A stretch of DNA of 64,000 bases from Tubulanus polymorphus (lineage: Eukaryota > Animalia > Nemertea), in NCBI RefSeq assembly GCF_964204645.1, contig NC_134025.1:558001-622000 (forward strand), read 5' to 3'. Positions 62,281 through 64,000 of this stretch are shown here, in pieces. Position numbers and translations under genes: made by a program. The notes under the pieces are model-generated. The model saw only the letters and a list, made by a program, of their open reading frames with translations. It did not search any database and had not been told where the DNA came from. The stretch's first letter is position 1. Each line of letters opens with the position of its first letter.

Positions 62281-62988
62281 TTTTATTATAAGGGCTTTTG
62301 CCGATTCCTTCATCAGAGGTCGATAATATTTTCCTGTTCTTAAATGATTAACTCGTTTCATTTGCTGAGGAGTTTATCTAGAATCAATCCATCCATGTTT
62401 GTATGGATTTATTTGTATCAAAGAGTTTCTGTTTATTTTCATTAACCTCAATACTACTCGAAGGGTAAGTATTTGTACTTATCACTTATCAGCAAGGTAA
62501 GTTACATAGCTGAATAGTTGGCATAGATAAAACATACTCCGTTGTTGTGTGAATAAACAGCTATAGTAATTAGTATCAATACCCAGATCTAATTACATCA
62601 ATGATGCACTGAGTAAAACACATCAAACATCTTAAAAACAATGACAGTAAAACTTGCTTTTATTAAGAGGATCATTTTAAAAGTACGAATTGGAATGGAA
62701 ATAAATATTGGGACAATAAAAATAGAGATGACTTCAGTAATGTGACGAATTATCTAAATGATGACTTCACTTAGTTTTAACTGAATTATACAAATACAAA
62801 TTGGAACTCAAAACTAAGAGACTTAATGAGTGTTGACCTACAACAAATTTGCTTTTGATTACAATGAAACAATTTGTGTGAAAATGTCCACACAAATTGT
62901 TACAATGTAAATCAAAAGCTTATATATTTTGTGTTAAATTCACTGATTTCTCCTGGAGCGCGTGTCGCCTGTGTTTTATATTACTTAC

Positions 62989-63477
62989 AGGGTTAGTATA
63001 AGGTAGTGTAGCCAGATCAACAAACTCCGAATTCAACTTATCACGAATCATTGTCAATAACTGAACCTTTGGATACAAAACTAACGCCTTTTTCCCTTCT
63101 TCGTATTCGTCTAATTTCTTCTTAGCGAAAGCTCCAGCCGAGAATGTAGCTATCCTTTCATGAACGGGAGTTTGAAAATAAGACGTCGTTTGAGAAGTGA
63201 CTTCGTCGTAATCGTCGTAATTTTTCGGTTCTTCCAAAGTAAAATAAACAGCAGTTCCTCCTAATTCTCTGAGATTTTTAACGGCTTGTAAAATATCCTT
63301 TCTATGTTTCGGAATAACCACACCGATCGCGTCCAGATCCGGCTGTCCGATCTGTTTACAAATCTCCAGGTCATCGTAACCGTTATCCAAGAAAGCTTGC
63401 GTATATTTGGCTAAAGTAAGAGAGCGTAGCCACTCTTCCACGATATTATCAGCCATGTCTAAAAGACACGGACTCAT
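62989..63477 (-). CDS. SAMD5: SAMD5-like first coding exon (N-terminal SAM) of the SAMD5/SASH1 gene
   Basis: NIVEEWLRSL.L..YTQAFLDNGYDDLEICKQIG.PDLDAIGV...HR..IL.AV..LRE....VYFTLE is the SAMD5 SAM signature; ends MIRDKL....DL...PYTNP at a GTAAGT donor. An acceptor at 63483 implies an upstream UTR exon. Start may be at 63456. Confidence 0.92.
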
Positions 63478-64000
63478 CCGATCTGTAAAATTAACACTTT
63501 ACATCGTAGATATTATACAAATAAACTATCGGCGAAAGTTAGAAACTTGTACGCCGCGGAAAAACGATGATATGAAGGTTTATTTGACAGCAACATGACA
63601 ATCGCGACTGTCTAAAACATCCATGATGTTTAGACTGAATTAGTGCTGCGCCCTATCGGCGTTTATCAGAACACAAATACAAACCTGTGTAGAGGGCGAC
63701 ACCTCCTGGTGGTAAAATACAAATCTCATTCATTGCGGGCTAGCAATCATCCGACGATAGAACCATCAGCTCGTGATGCCAAATGAATCATGCTCGTCTA
63801 TTCACAATACCGATATACTGATTTAAGACCCACCCATGAATCAACACAGCTGTCGTCGGGATCCTCAATTTGCTGTGGTCAATCAACGCTTTGTAACAGA
63901 TGGGATGTTAGTAACACTTTCACCTCCTCCTTCCACAAAGAAAATACTGACTCATTTTTCCATCCATCAATTTTTAATAAAAATATCAATATAATGCTAT

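Noticed and set aside
44009-62343. Repetitive ORFs at 44009, 47271, 49670-51110, 54724 and 61509-62343
   Set aside because: All are minisatellite translations without splice-consistent context.

Overview
AT-rich animal genomic DNA, probably an invertebrate, with GT-AG introns and many minisatellites; the species cannot be determined from the sequence. Two protein-coding genes lie on the minus strand. FBXO22 has 5 exons (3298->272, 421 aa, F-box plus FIST-C). A 15-exon SAMD5/SASH1 (SKIP/SLy-like) scaffold gene runs 63477->21891 (about 1030 aa), and its large introns are filled with tandem repeats, MITEs and two hammerhead-ribozyme Penelope-type mini-elements. The most unusual part is about 4.6-14.4 kb, an ORF-less unit that looks like a long, spliced, heavily structured plus-strand non-coding RNA. 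It contains a ~236-bp RTE-LINE-derived inverted repeat whose mismatches are strongly biased to G:U pairs on the plus strand, an 8-unit tandem exon/intron array, a duplicated structured domain, and many G:U-rich hairpins ending at an AATAAA. Next to it is a ~4.5-kb nested palindrome made of a 77-bp satellite and hairpin MITEs, interrupted near its apex by a young 5'-truncated LINE. All alignments and folds were done by eye.
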